NCBI GenBank assembly: GCA_964016885.1
Contig: OZ024740.1
Span: forward strand, 278,876,001-278,940,000
DNA: 64,000 bases
Reading direction: 5' to 3'
Origin: Eledone cirrhosa
Lineage: Eukaryota
Shown: piece by piece, positions 63,851 to 64,000 of the stretch
Layout of the letters: every line of letters starts with the position of its first letter
How positions within the stretch are numbered: position 1 is the stretch's first letter
Translations under genes and position numbers: made by a program
The notes under the pieces: generated by a model
Databases searched by the model: none
What the model saw: the letters and a program-made list of their open reading frames with translations, nothing else
What the model was told of the DNA's origin: nothing

Positions 63851-64000
63851 GATCAGACAGAGATATATATAAATAATATACAAACATATATGGCATATTA
63901 TTATGGTTGATTATCAAATAATCAAATATGAGTGAGAGATAAAATACATTATAATATTTAGTTTTTTCCCTCTTGGTTCCAAGTTCAAATACCACTGAGA

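Noticed and set aside
57478-64000. SIRT1 first coding exon or promoter
   Set aside because: No ATG-bearing exon with a phase-0 donor and no CpG-island-like region was recognised. It is probably beyond the window.

Overview
AT-rich, repeat-dense animal genomic DNA. The SINE, MITE and microsatellite landscape suggests an octopod cephalopod (inference, not verified). One host gene is present: SIRT1 (class I sirtuin) on the minus strand, with nine GT-AG exons traced by hand from 57477 to the stop at 38513 (2130 nt, 709 aa in one open frame). Its first exon(s) and promoter were not found and probably lie beyond the window end. The rest is mobile DNA: a nest of retroelements sitting in (TACA)n microsatellites (6.9-13.2 kb, including a near full-length R4/Dong-type RLE LINE), small (TA)n-associated elements carrying hammerhead-ribozyme cores, a dead mariner and its MITEs, TTAA-flanked piggyBac-type MITEs, many tRNA-derived SINEs, RTE fragments, a solo LTR and a 48-bp minisatellite carried inside a retroposon. 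The most notable observations are (1) a genomic His codon (CAT) at a class-I-sirtuin-conserved Arg, in an exon bracketed by an inverted MITE pair, which is a candidate for restorative A-to-I recoding; (2) the microsatellite-targeted retroelement nest; (3) the hammerhead mini-elements; and (4) an inverted intronic duplication that preserves both the empty and the filled MITE site.
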